A stretch of 64,000 nt of DNA, taken from the NCBI GenBank assembly GCA_910587195.1, contig CAJUKL010000008.1, positions 193 to 64,192 of the forward strand, in the 5' to 3' direction. This document shows, piece after piece, positions 40,697 through 50,684 of this stretch. A program made the translations under genes and the position numbers. How positions within the stretch are numbered: position 1 is the stretch's first letter; each line of letters begins with the position of its first letter. Source of the DNA: an uncultured Clostridia bacterium. GTDB taxonomy: Bacteria; Bacillota; Clostridia; Lachnospirales; Anaerotignaceae. The notes beneath the pieces are model-generated. The model was not told the DNA's origin and did not search any database. It worked only from the letters and a program-made list of their open reading frames with translations.

Positions 40697-41218
40697 TCAA
40701 GTTTTTTTATATTCTTTCCATGCTTTTTCATATACTCGAAAAGTTTCTTCATCAAAACAAACCATTTGTATTTTTTCCATATCTTTGTCATGTTCTAAAA
40801 ATGTCATAATCTCTCTGATGGCAATACGAGCAGCTTGCTCTACTGGATAACGATAAACGCCAGTGCTGATAGATGGAAAAGAAATAGATGTAATATCATG
40901 TTCCCGTGCTAATTTTAGACTATTTTTATAACAATTTGCTAAAAGTTCCGCTTCGCCTCTATTGCCACCACGCCAGATAGGGCCAGGTGTATGAATGACA
41001 TATTCTGCACGTAATTTATAAGCAGAAGTAATTTTTGCCTCGCCTGTCGGACAACCCCCTAATGTTTCACATTCTAAAAGTAATTCTTTTCCAGCTGCTC
41101 TATGAATGGCACCATCTACACCGCCACCGCCTAAAAGAGAAGTATTTGCTGCGTTAACAATTGCTTGTGTTTTGACGCGCACGATATCTCCTTTTATGAC
41201 AGAAAATCTTTCTATCAT
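40697..41218 (-). CDS. Macro-domain O-acetyl-ADP-ribose deacetylase (YmdB-like)
   Basis: GDI, AIVNAAN.SLLGGGGVDGAIH, FPSISTGVY. Confidence 0.92.
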   Translation of the reverse strand: MIERFSVIKGDIVRVKTQAIVNAANTSLLGGGGVDGAIHRAAGKELLLECETLGGCPTGEAKITSAYKLRAEYVIHTPGPIWRGGNRGEAELLANCYKNSLKLAREHDITSISFPSISTGVYRYPVEQAARIAIREIMTFLEHDKDMEKIQMVCFDEETFRVYEKAWKEYKKT

Positions 41219-41538
41219 GACATATCCCCTCCTTTTTTTCATTTTAGCCCTTTTTCTATTTCTTGTAAAGTAAATTTTTATAAAAGAAAATTTTACAATA
41301 TTTTAGAAAAGTTTTACAATTTTTTTGGATAGTTTAAAACAAAAAATGGTTTTATCATTTTTGCTCTTTCCTCCTCTTAAAAATAGTAGAATTCTTTATG
41401 ATTTGTACAATTATTTTAGGTTTTTAAAGAATAAGTTATAGTAAAATTGAATAGGATTTTAAAACGTGCATGATAAGAAACAGGATTATTCCTATAAAAA
41501 ATAAGATTTTATAATAGATTTTTGTTCAAAATATAAAT

Positions 41539-41607
41539 ACGCTTTAAAGCGTTACGCTTTAAATGGCTAAATTAAAGTTTGACTTTGAAATCATGGCATA
41601 CTAAAAT
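41539..41607 (+). promoter_or_regulatory. Operator-like palindrome plus sigmaA promoter of the ABC transporter operon
   Basis: TTTAAAGCGT-T-ACGCTTTAAA (41543-63); TTGACT (41579-84), 17 nt, TAAAAT (41602-07). Confidence 0.55.
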
Positions 41608-41634
41608 AGTAACAGCATATAAAAAATAAAAGGG

Positions 41635-41757
41635 TTTGACACGAGCCTCATACTATTGTGAATGGATATAAAAGTATCTTTAATAGTAAAAGTCTTAATG
41701 AAATAGATTCGTTTATGTAATTAAGACCCCTGTGCCTTTGGGTATGGGAGTGTCAGA
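41635..41757 (+). ncRNA. Candidate structured 5' leader RNA, family not recognised
   Basis: Several complementary stems visible by eye (see findings). Confidence 0.35.
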
Positions 41758-41815
41758 TAAAAATGAAAATTAAAAAAAGGTTAATCCAATGGAAGCATTT
41801 TGAGGGAGGAAAATT

Positions 41816-42865
41816 ATGAAAAGAAAAATTTTTAAAAAAATTTGTTCTTTTGCTATGGCTACAACAATGATTTTTACAGTAGCAGCTTGTAGCAGCCAAC
41901 CAACAGAACCAGCAGAAAATCAGGAAGTAGGAGAAGAACAAACTGCAGAGGGAGAACAGTTTAAAATTGGTATTTTACAGTTGATGGAGCATGACGCTTT
42001 GGATAATGCTAGAAATGGTTTTCTGGATGCTTTAGAAGAAGGTGGCTATGCAGAAGGAGAAAAAATTGTGGTAGATGTGCAAAATGCACAAGGTGACCAG
42101 TCCAATCTAAAAACAATGAGTCAAAAATTTGTAAATGATAAAGAGGATTTGATTCTTGCTATTGCAACACCAGCAGCGCAATCTGTTGCAGCAGAAACAC
42201 AAGAAATTCCGATTTTAGCAACAGCAATTACAGATTATCCAGAAGCAGGTCTTGTAGAATCAAATGAGGCACCTAATGTAAATCTTTCTGGTACAAGCGA
42301 CAGAACACCTGTAAAAGAACAGTTTGCTCTTTTAAAACAAATTTTGCCAGATGTAAAAAAAGTAGGTATTATGTATAATTCCAGTGAAGCAAATTCTGAA
42401 ATTCAGGCAAGGTCAGCTATTGAGGCTTGTGAAGATTTGGGATTAGAATATCAAGAAGGTACTGTAACAAATGTAAATGATATTCAGCAAGTAGTGCAGT
42501 CTATTGTGGGAGAGGTAGACGCTTTATATATTCCAACAGATAATACCTTTGCTTCTGCCATTCCTTTGGTTGTATCTATTACAGATGTGGAAAAAGTACC
42601 TGTTATCTGTGGTGAAAATGGAATGGTAAAAGGTGGCGGTTTAGCAACAGTAGGAATTGATTATTATAAATTGGGACAACAAACTGGTAAAATGGCAATT
42701 CGTGTATTAGAGGGTGAAGATGTTTCTAAAATGCCTGTTGAATTTCCAGATTCTACAGAAGTTTGTATCAATTTAGATACAGCCGAAAAAATTGGTGTAA
42801 CTATACCACAAGATATTATTGATAATGCAGCCATTATCATTAAAGATGGAAATGTTGCAGAATAA
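41816..42865 (+). CDS. ABC transporter substrate-binding lipoprotein (Trp/Tyr-type family)
   Basis: Lipobox VAAC, EHDALD, NAQGDQ, IATPAAQ, PTDN. Confidence 0.88.
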   Translation: MKRKIFKKICSFAMATTMIFTVAACSSQPTEPAENQEVGEEQTAEGEQFKIGILQLMEHDALDNARNGFLDALEEGGYAEGEKIVVDVQNAQGDQSNLKTMSQKFVNDKEDLILAIATPAAQSVAAETQEIPILATAITDYPEAGLVESNEAPNVNLSGTSDRTPVKEQFALLKQILPDVKKVGIMYNSSEANSEIQARSAIEACEDLGLEYQEGTVTNVNDIQQVVQSIVGEVDALYIPTDNTFASAIPLVVSITDVEKVPVICGENGMVKGGGLATVGIDYYKLGQQTGKMAIRVLEGEDVSKMPVEFPDSTEVCINLDTAEKIGVTIPQDIIDNAAIIIKDGNVAE

Positions 42866-42960
42866 CTTCCTTTCTTGAAAGAAAGGAAGCGAAAGAACTT
42901 TAACGATGTTTGACGCAACTAGAACGTTTATTATGGTTGAACGACAACGGAAAGCAATTA
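42866..42960. repeat. Degenerate repeat-family copy within the ABC operon
   Basis: CTTCCTTTCTT-GA-AAGAAAGGAAG hairpin, AAAGAACTTT, GTTGAACGACAACGG. Confidence 0.65.
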
Positions 42961-43107
42961 GAAATATAAAAAATGTTTTCTTGAAAAAAATGGGTAGTTC
43001 ACAAAGAATAAAAGAACTTTAAATGGTGCAAAGAACAAGGTTTTGATTTTATTGACAGATTGGGAGAGTGTTGAAAAACACTCTTTTTCTATAATGATTA
43101 AATTGAA

Positions 43108-44052
43108 ATGGGTGAAAGTATGAGTTTTATTACAATGGCATCTTTTTTAAGTGCCGTATCACAAGGGTTGTTATGGTCTGTATTGGCGATTGGAGTATAT
43201 ATCACTTATCGAGTTTTAGATTTTGCAGATTTAACAACAGAAGGCAGTTTTCCTTTGGGAGCAGCGATTGCAGCACAATGTATTGTAAATGGTGGAAATC
43301 CTTTTAGTGCAACAATGTTGTCTTTTGTGGCTGGATTGGTGGCTGGATTTGTAACAGGAATATTACATACAAAATTAAAAATACCTGGATTATTAGCCGG
43401 TATCTTAGTTATGACAGGTTTATATTCCATTAATTTGCGTGTGATGGGTGGAAAAGCAAATTTACCTTTATTAAAACAATCTACAATTATTACTTCTGTT
43501 GTAGAAGTATTTAGTACAGAAGCAAAGGCATTTTCTACAGCAAATGCTGTTATGCTAGTGGGAGTTATTTCTGTAGTAGTCCTTATCCTTTTATTATGGT
43601 TGATGTTTTCCACAGAGTTTGGCTTTGCCTTAAGGGCAACAGGAGATAATCCTCGCATGATTAGTGCATTAGGTGTCAATACAGATATTATGATTATATT
43701 GGGTTTAATGCTTAGTAATGGACTTATATCATTGGCTGGCGGTTTAATTGCACAATATAATGGATATGCAGATGTTGGTATGGGTGTTGGTACGATTGTA
43801 ATTGGTTTAGCATCTGTCATTATAGGTGAGGTTTTATTGGGCAGGCGAGGTATGGCTTGGTGCTTGATTTCGGTTGTAGTTGGCTCTATATTATATCGTA
43901 TTATTATTGCTTTTGTATTGGCAAATAAATTGCAGCCAACAGACTTAAAATTATTCTCCTCTATTGTATTAGTAATTTGTTTGTCCTTGCCGGCAGCAAA
44001 AGAATGGTATAGAGATTTTATCAATAGACGCAGCCATAAAGTAGAAGCCTAA
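43108..44052 (+). CDS. ABC transporter permease
   Basis: DLTTEGSFPLG, LRATGDN, GTIVIGLAS. Confidence 0.9.
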   Translation: MGESMSFITMASFLSAVSQGLLWSVLAIGVYITYRVLDFADLTTEGSFPLGAAIAAQCIVNGGNPFSATMLSFVAGLVAGFVTGILHTKLKIPGLLAGILVMTGLYSINLRVMGGKANLPLLKQSTIITSVVEVFSTEAKAFSTANAVMLVGVISVVVLILLLWLMFSTEFGFALRATGDNPRMISALGVNTDIMIILGLMLSNGLISLAGGLIAQYNGYADVGMGVGTIVIGLASVIIGEVLLGRRGMAWCLISVVVGSILYRIIIAFVLANKLQPTDLKLFSSIVLVICLSLPAAKEWYRDFINRRSHKVEA

Positions 44053-44064
44053 GGAGGGACAGTA

Positions 44065-44859
44065 ATGTTAAAAGTGAATGGAATTAAAAAGACATTTTCT
44101 CCTGGTACTGTCAATGAAAAACGTGCCATAAAAGAAATTACTTTTCATATAGCACCTTCTGATTTTATGACTGTAATTGGGGGAAATGGTGCCGGAAAGT
44201 CAACTATGTTAAATGCGATTGCCGGAATGTTTAAGGTAGATACAGGTAGCATTATTATTAATGGCATTGATGTGACAAAATTGCCAGAATATAAAAGAGC
44301 AAGCCATATTGGACGTGTTTTTCAAGATACAAGAATGGGCACTGCTTCTGATATGACGATAGAAGAAAATATGGCAATGGCATTGCGCAGAGGAAAACCC
44401 AGAGGATTAAGAAAGGGAATTACAAAAGCAGAAAGAAGTTTATTTCGGGAAAGATTGGAAATTTTAGATTTAGGATTGGAAAATCGAATGACTGCAAAAA
44501 CAGGGTTGCTTTCTGGTGGACAAAGGCAAGCACTTACTTTGCTTATGGCAACGGTAACAAAGCCAGAATTACTTTTGTTAGATGAACATACCGCAGCACT
44601 TGACCCTAAAACAGCAAAAAAAGTATTAGAATTGACCAATCAAATTATTACAGAAGATAAGTTGACAGCATTGATGATTACGCATAATATGCAGGACGCT
44701 TTGCGTTTGGGAAATCGCTTGATGATGCTTCATAAGGGTAGGGTTTTGATAGATTTGCAGACAGAAGAAAAGAAAAATCTAAAAGTTGCAGATTTATTAA
44801 AAATGTTTGAAAAAGCAAGTGGTACAGGTATGACAAATGATAAAATGTTACTAGGATAG
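44065..44859 (+). CDS. ABC transporter ATP-binding protein
   Basis: GGNGAGKST, LSGGQRQ, LLLLDEHTAALDP. Confidence 0.93.
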   Translation: MLKVNGIKKTFSPGTVNEKRAIKEITFHIAPSDFMTVIGGNGAGKSTMLNAIAGMFKVDTGSIIINGIDVTKLPEYKRASHIGRVFQDTRMGTASDMTIEENMAMALRRGKPRGLRKGITKAERSLFRERLEILDLGLENRMTAKTGLLSGGQRQALTLLMATVTKPELLLLDEHTAALDPKTAKKVLELTNQIITEDKLTALMITHNMQDALRLGNRLMMLHKGRVLIDLQTEEKKNLKVADLLKMFEKASGTGMTNDKMLLG

Positions 44860-44890
44860 AAAAAAGGGGCTTGATGTCAAGCCCTTTTTT
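44860..44890. terminator. Bidirectional terminator
   Basis: AAAAAAGGGGCTTGA-TG-TCAAGCCCTTTTTT. Confidence 0.7.
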
Positions 44891-44982
44891 AAGTGTTTAG
44901 GAGGAGATAAAAATGAATTTGTTATCCAGAATGGAAATTATTGACATGGTAAATTACTATTGCAATTTACGGTTTTTCTTTT

Positions 44983-47466
44983 TTAATCTTTTTTAGCAGT
45001 AATTTTAATTACTTTTCCTCTATCATCTTTTTCATCACTACATTCTAATGTTACTGTAATATCATCTGTCAGCAATCCATTTTCCATATCTCTATAAGAA
45101 GTATAATCTCCTGTTACATCAATCGAAGTTCTTAATACTTCAATATCATCAAGAATCATATCATCTCTTGTTTCTATTTTCATGACTTTTCCATCTACAG
45201 AGAGCAATTCTCCCTTTATTTCATAATAATAGGCTTCAATTTCTGTCACCTTGCCACTTTGAATAGTTAATACTGCTTTTAAAACAATATCTTTATCTCC
45301 TACTAAATCCTCCAGTGTTTCAAACTTTCTTACGCGGCTGTCATTTAGATACATTTTTATGTCATCTACTTTATCAATGTCATATTTGCTTTTATCTTTT
45401 AAAGTGATAGAACTTTCACTTAGTTTTGTAATGGTGCCTGTCACTTCTCTGCCATAAGAATCTCTTTCTGGAGATGCCTCAATTTTTACTACTTCATCAT
45501 CTTCTATGTATAATGTAACAAAGAAATCATCATCATCGTCAGCAGCTTCGTCATAGGCTTTTTTTACTTTAGAATACGTACTATCTTCAAATTCGCCTTT
45601 GCTATTTTCCATATAGTATTTTGCTTTTCTGTCAATATCATAATTTTTTGCCTTTTCGTCATCTTCTTCCACACGAATTTCGTCCTCATTCATACGCAAA
45701 ACTTTTCCATCTACAGTATCATATTCTTCTTTATCCTCTAAATTTTTGCTTTCTAAAGAAGCATATAATTCCTTTACTTCCTCCTCCTCATCTAAATAGA
45801 CTTTAATATAAAAATCAGAGGGGTCTGTTTTTTCTTCTTCTCGATTAAATGCTTTTTGAATTTCTCTAAAGGTAGAACTATCTCCATCTAAATAATATTT
45901 TATATTAGAAGCAAAGTCATAAGATTCTCTTTTATTATCACTCTTTTTGCGTATCCTTACGCTTTCCTCATCTATAGAGGAAATAGTACCTGTAATCGTA
46001 GATTTGTTGTCCTCTTTTCCAAATTCATCTTCGGATACCATTACTTTTTTGACTCTATCTTTGCTATCTAAATAGTATTTTACATATAATGTTTCATCAT
46101 CTATTCTTCTACGTATTCTGCTGACTGTGCTTTCTTTTCCTTCTAAATAAATATCTGGATTGCTTATCCATTCAAAATCTTGTGTTTTTGCATTTTTGCT
46201 TGCTTTTACGCTCAATTCATCTTCTGAAATGCTAACTAAAATTCCTGTTGTTCCAGTTTCTTTTCCTTTTTTTGCATCTACAACAGTAATATTTTTGTCC
46301 TTATCTAAAGTCAAGGTAACATCTAAAGCATATTCTTCAAATTCCTCTAATAATTCTTTTTGAGAAATCTTTTTATTTTCCATTTTAATTTCAAAGTTAT
46401 TGGAAAAATAGTAACTTTCTGTACTTTTATCACTCTTTACAATTACCATTTTGCTTGAAGTAACATCTTCCACACTACCTTTTACTTCTGTTGTTGTAGG
46501 GGAAACATCTTTTGTCAACCGAACTACAGTTGCTTTTGCGCCTGCATATTCTACAGAAACACCATCTCCAATTTCTATTGCAGAAATATTGATAACTTTT
46601 GTCGTATCTCCTTCATATAGCTTTGTGTCACTATCCACAATAAAGCCTTGTTTATCGCCTTTTTGTGTGGAAAGAGCAATCAATTTATTATTTCCATTTT
46701 GTTCCAATGAAACAACAGTCCCAGAAACGAGAGCACTTGTTGTGCTAGGTGGTGTATTTGTGTTAGTATTTGTTGTATAAGCCTTCAAAACATCGTATGT
46801 TTTAGATACTAATACGGCTGTTTCTGCCCGATTGATGGCTGCTTTTGGCGTAAAATTAGAATCCGTATCTCCCACCATAATATTTAGTCTTGCTAATAAA
46901 TCAACATAAGGCACAGAAGTGGAAGCAATGCTATTTTTATCTTTAAATGTTAAAGCGGCGTTGGTACTTACATTATACAAATGGCTTAAAAACTTTCCAA
47001 AAATAACTGCAACACTTTCTCTACTGGCATAGTTATTGGTTACAACACCATTTTTTTTGGTAACAAATCTTGAAGCATCTGTCAAGGAAATAATATTATT
47101 TTCCAAAGCATAAGCCACACATTCATAAGCCCAAGCTGGTATATTATATCCTTGCATTACTTGTGTCCACCTTGCAACCATATCTGTACTAGTTTGTTTT
47201 AATTTTCCTGTTTTTTTCAGTAAAGCATATGCTAATTGTGTTGTTTCACAATAGGTAACATGGTCTTTTGCACGAAACATGCTTTTTCCTGTTTTAGCAT
47301 CAATATCGCCTACCATTAAACCTAAATCAGATACTGTATTAATATATGTTACAGCGCCAGGCCATGGAACATTATTGATGTCAGCAAAACTTGCTCCATA
47401 ACTTGTAACAGAAAAATTCATAGATAAGATACAAGCTACTAATAAAATCGCTGTTTTCCGTTTCAT
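44983..47466 (-). CDS. Secreted S-layer-homology (SLH) domain protein with repeated beta-rich domains
   Basis: Signal peptide; SLH-like F.D…G.M.G…F.P…I.RAE; acidic repeated C-terminal modules. Confidence 0.8.
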   Translation of the reverse strand: MKRKTAILLVACILSMNFSVTSYGASFADINNVPWPGAVTYINTVSDLGLMVGDIDAKTGKSMFRAKDHVTYCETTQLAYALLKKTGKLKQTSTDMVARWTQVMQGYNIPAWAYECVAYALENNIISLTDASRFVTKKNGVVTNNYASRESVAVIFGKFLSHLYNVSTNAALTFKDKNSIASTSVPYVDLLARLNIMVGDTDSNFTPKAAINRAETAVLVSKTYDVLKAYTTNTNTNTPPSTTSALVSGTVVSLEQNGNNKLIALSTQKGDKQGFIVDSDTKLYEGDTTKVINISAIEIGDGVSVEYAGAKATVVRLTKDVSPTTTEVKGSVEDVTSSKMVIVKSDKSTESYYFSNNFEIKMENKKISQKELLEEFEEYALDVTLTLDKDKNITVVDAKKGKETGTTGILVSISEDELSVKASKNAKTQDFEWISNPDIYLEGKESTVSRIRRRIDDETLYVKYYLDSKDRVKKVMVSEDEFGKEDNKSTITGTISSIDEESVRIRKKSDNKRESYDFASNIKYYLDGDSSTFREIQKAFNREEEKTDPSDFYIKVYLDEEEEVKELYASLESKNLEDKEEYDTVDGKVLRMNEDEIRVEEDDEKAKNYDIDRKAKYYMENSKGEFEDSTYSKVKKAYDEAADDDDDFFVTLYIEDDEVVKIEASPERDSYGREVTGTITKLSESSITLKDKSKYDIDKVDDIKMYLNDSRVRKFETLEDLVGDKDIVLKAVLTIQSGKVTEIEAYYYEIKGELLSVDGKVMKIETRDDMILDDIEVLRTSIDVTGDYTSYRDMENGLLTDDITVTLECSDEKDDRGKVIKITAKKD

Positions 47467-47557
47467 TTGGAATTCCTCCCTTGTGATTTTATTTTAATGA
47501 TAACAGTTTATCATAATAAAGAGTAAAATAGTAGTATTTTTATGTTACATTTTTCTT

Positions 47558-48742
47558 TCAAAATGATTCTTTGACAATTATTTCCCTTGTTTCTACCGCT
47601 TTTTGAATCAAAGAATCTAAATCTTCTAATTTATTTTCGATTGCTTCAATTACATTTGTTTTTGGTCTTGTTTCGGGATGTTTTGCCACAAATATAGTAC
47701 AACAATCCTCATAAGGCTGAATGGATATTGCAAAAGTACCTATTTTTTTAGCTAAGTCCACAATTTCTTGTTTATCCATTCCAGCCAAAGGGCGAAGAAC
47801 CGGCATAGTACAAACAGAATTAATCGCATGAATTGCCTGCAACGTTTGGCTTGCCACTTGTCCTACACTATCCCCTGTAATTAAAGCTAATGCATGATTT
47901 TGATAAGCAATTTGTTCTGCTGCTTTCATCATTGCTCTTTTTAAAAATATCGTTAACTTATCATGTGGAACACGTTCCAACAAATACAACTGTACTTCTG
48001 TAAAAGGAATAATATGCAATTTTATCTCACCTGTAAAGCAAGCAATTCTTTGTGCTAAATCTTCCACTTTTTGCTTTGCCCATTCACTTGTATAAGGTGG
48101 ACTATGAAAATACACACATTCTACAGCAATACCTCTTTTTGCCATAAGCCATGTTGCAACAGGGCTGTCAATTCCACCAGATAATAAAGAAATTCCTTTT
48201 CCAGAAGAACCTGCTGGCAAGCCACCAAATGTTTTAATAATTTTTGAAAAAACATAAGCATCATTTCTTAATTCCACCCTTAATATAACATCTGGCTTAT
48301 GCACATCGACTGTTAAATTTTCCATTTTTTCTAAAAGATAACCACCGATGTCTGCTGCAATTTCTTTTGATGTCAAAGGATAGCGTTTATCTGCTCTTTT
48401 TACTTCTACCTTAAAAGTAGTTTGTTGTTCGCTAAAAAATTCTTGCATATGATTCCATGCAACTTTTCTTAAATTTTTCATAGATTGGTCTGTTGTTTTG
48501 ACCCCAGGACAAACACCTACTAAACCAAATATTGGCACAATTTTAGGAATTATCTTATCATAATCCATTTCTCCGCTTCTATCTTCCACAATGAGCCTTC
48601 CTTGTTCTTTGACAATATAAAAATTTCCTTCTTTTTTTAAATTATTTCTCATTGTTTTAACAAGTTTCGAAATAAAGATAGGACGGTTATTTTTTCGCAT
48701 AGCGACCTCACCGAATTTTACAATCAATACTTTTTCTTCCAT
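47558..48742 (-). CDS. thiI: tRNA 4-thiouridine synthase ThiI
   Basis: THUMP domain, LLSGGIDSPV, GQVASQT, PYEDCC. Confidence 0.95.
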   Translation of the reverse strand: MEEKVLIVKFGEVAMRKNNRPIFISKLVKTMRNNLKKEGNFYIVKEQGRLIVEDRSGEMDYDKIIPKIVPIFGLVGVCPGVKTTDQSMKNLRKVAWNHMQEFFSEQQTTFKVEVKRADKRYPLTSKEIAADIGGYLLEKMENLTVDVHKPDVILRVELRNDAYVFSKIIKTFGGLPAGSSGKGISLLSGGIDSPVATWLMAKRGIAVECVYFHSPPYTSEWAKQKVEDLAQRIACFTGEIKLHIIPFTEVQLYLLERVPHDKLTIFLKRAMMKAAEQIAYQNHALALITGDSVGQVASQTLQAIHAINSVCTMPVLRPLAGMDKQEIVDLAKKIGTFAISIQPYEDCCTIFVAKHPETRPKTNVIEAIENKLEDLDSLIQKAVETREIIVKESF

Positions 48743-48787
48743 ATAAATTCCTTTCTTTCCTAATAAAATGATAAAACAATATTCGTT

Positions 48788-49930
48788 TTATCTATTATAT
48801 TTTCTTAAAAGTGGCACAATTTCCTTTAATTGTTTGAAACATTCCTTTGCTTCTTCCACTGTATTATATTGGCAAAAACTAAATCTAACAGCCCCTTCTA
48901 TTTCTTCAAAAGGCAATCCCATTGCCGTCAATACTGGACTGCCTACCTTTTTTTTACTATCACAAGCAGAACCTGCAGAAACAAAAATATCTTTACTTTC
49001 TAGGGAATGAAGCAATACCTCACTTCTTACCCCTTTAAAAGTCACATTTAAGACATAAGGACTACCCTCTTGCAAACTATCCCCATTGATTTGTACATTA
49101 TCCATTTCTAGGATTCCTTCTGTTAATGTTTTTTTGATTTCCAAAACCGTTTCTTGATTTTTTTTCATATTTTGAAAACAAATATCTGCTGCAACACCAA
49201 GTCCTGCCACTCCTGCACCATTTTCCGTACCAGAACGCTGTCCTTGCTGTTGTCCACCCCCTAAAATATAAGGTTTTGTTTTTACACCTTCCCTTTTATA
49301 AAGCATACCAACACCTTTAGGGCCGTTAATTTTGTGACCACTCATTGTTAACAAATCTATTTTCATTTTTTCCACATCAATCGGATATTTTCCAAAGGCT
49401 TGTACTGCGTCCACATGAAATAGTGTATGTGGATTTTTTTGTTTTACTAACTTTCCAATTTTTTCTGCATCTTGTATGACACCTGTTTCATTATTTACTA
49501 AAATAATACTAACAAGAATAGTATCCTCTCTGATAGCGTCCTGTAATTGTTGCAAATCAATTTTTCCTTTTTTATCTACTGGTAAAAAGGTAACATCATA
49601 TCCCTTTTGTTGTAGTGCTTCCATAGGCTTTTTTACAGCAGGATGTTCAATTTTTGTTGTAATCAAGTGCCTTCCTCTATAACCTTCTGCTGTTCCAAAA
49701 ATTGCCCAGTTATCTCCTTCTGTGCCACCTGAAGTATAAAAAATTTCTGTCGGTTTGCAATGAATCCCTCTACTTAAAATTTCTGTTGCTTTCCGAATTT
49801 CTTTTTCTACCTGTAAACCTAATTTATTGATAGAAGCAGGATTTCCAAAATTATGACAAAGCATTTCTGTCATTTTTTCTGCCACTTCCTGAGAAGCTCT
49901 TGTTGTTGCTGCGTTGTCAAAGTAAATCAC
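48788..49930 (-). CDS. Cysteine desulfurase (IscS/NifZ-like, ThiI partner)
   Basis: IYFDNAATT, TSGGTE, DAVQ, SGHK, SAGSAC. Confidence 0.92.
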   Translation of the reverse strand: MIYFDNAATTRASQEVAEKMTEMLCHNFGNPASINKLGLQVEKEIRKATEILSRGIHCKPTEIFYTSGGTEGDNWAIFGTAEGYRGRHLITTKIEHPAVKKPMEALQQKGYDVTFLPVDKKGKIDLQQLQDAIREDTILVSIILVNNETGVIQDAEKIGKLVKQKNPHTLFHVDAVQAFGKYPIDVEKMKIDLLTMSGHKINGPKGVGMLYKREGVKTKPYILGGGQQQGQRSGTENGAGVAGLGVAADICFQNMKKNQETVLEIKKTLTEGILEMDNVQINGDSLQEGSPYVLNVTFKGVRSEVLLHSLESKDIFVSAGSACDSKKKVGSPVLTAMGLPFEEIEGAVRFSFCQYNTVEEAKECFKQLKEIVPLLRKYNR

Positions 49931-49942
49931 TTTCTATCCCTC

Positions 49943-50674
49943 CTATGTTATATTTTCCAATTCATAGATTAAAATTGCTGTAGTCACCATACCAGCGGTT
50001 TCTGTTCGTAATATTCTTTTTCCCAAAGTCACGGGTAACACATTATATTCTATTGCTTGTGTAATTTCTTCTGTTGAAAAACCACCTTCTGGCCCTATTA
50101 AAACACCTATTGTTTTTCCTTTTACTTCTTTTATAAATTCTTTTAAAGTTCTTTGTTGTTCTTTTTCATAAGGTATAATTGCACTATCTAATTTTTGACA
50201 TTCCTGCAGAGCTTCTTGAAAGGAAAGCACTTTTCCAATTTTAACAATTTTTCCTCGTCCACTTTGTTTTGCTGCTGCTTCGGCAATTTTCTGCCACCGC
50301 TCCAATTTTTTTTGTTCTTTTTTATCCAATTTTACAATAGAATGTTCCGTCGCAACCGGTACAATATAGTCTACCCCTATTTCTATACACTTTTGTATAA
50401 TAAATTCCATTTTATCTGCTTTTGGTAATCCTTGAAACAATGTAATTTTTACAGAAGGTTCTGCTTCACAAAAGTATTTTTCCAAAACATCTACAAAAAT
50501 CCCATCTTTTTCTATGCAACGAATACTACAAATATAATCCATTCCTTCCCCATCACAAACAGTTAATTTTTCTCCTTCTTTCATGCGCAAAACTGTTTTA
50601 ATATGTTTTGCATCTTCTCCTGTTATCATAACTTGATTTTCAATTTGTTGTTTTGTCACAAAAAATTTCGGCAT
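49943..50674 (-). CDS. rsmE: 16S rRNA m3U1498 methyltransferase
   Basis: H…VLR, EAAAKQSGR, IGPEGGFS, LG.RILRTETA; start MPKFF at 50674. Confidence 0.95.
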   Translation of the reverse strand: MPKFFVTKQQIENQVMITGEDAKHIKTVLRMKEGEKLTVCDGEGMDYICSIRCIEKDGIFVDVLEKYFCEAEPSVKITLFQGLPKADKMEFIIQKCIEIGVDYIVPVATEHSIVKLDKKEQKKLERWQKIAEAAAKQSGRGKIVKIGKVLSFQEALQECQKLDSAIIPYEKEQQRTLKEFIKEVKGKTIGVLIGPEGGFSTEEITQAIEYNVLPVTLGKRILRTETAGMVTTAILIYELENIT

Positions 50675-50684
50675 TTTTAACTCC

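Noticed and set aside
41620..41815. T-box riboswitch before the amino-acid ABC transporter
   Set aside because: No GGTGGnACC T-box sequence or terminator/antiterminator pair was found; kept only as an unclassified structured leader.
43206..44024. 272-aa antisense ORF, and similar shadow ORFs such as 31919-32536
   Set aside because: They lie fully opposite well-supported genes and have no motifs or RBS; they are codon-bias shadows.
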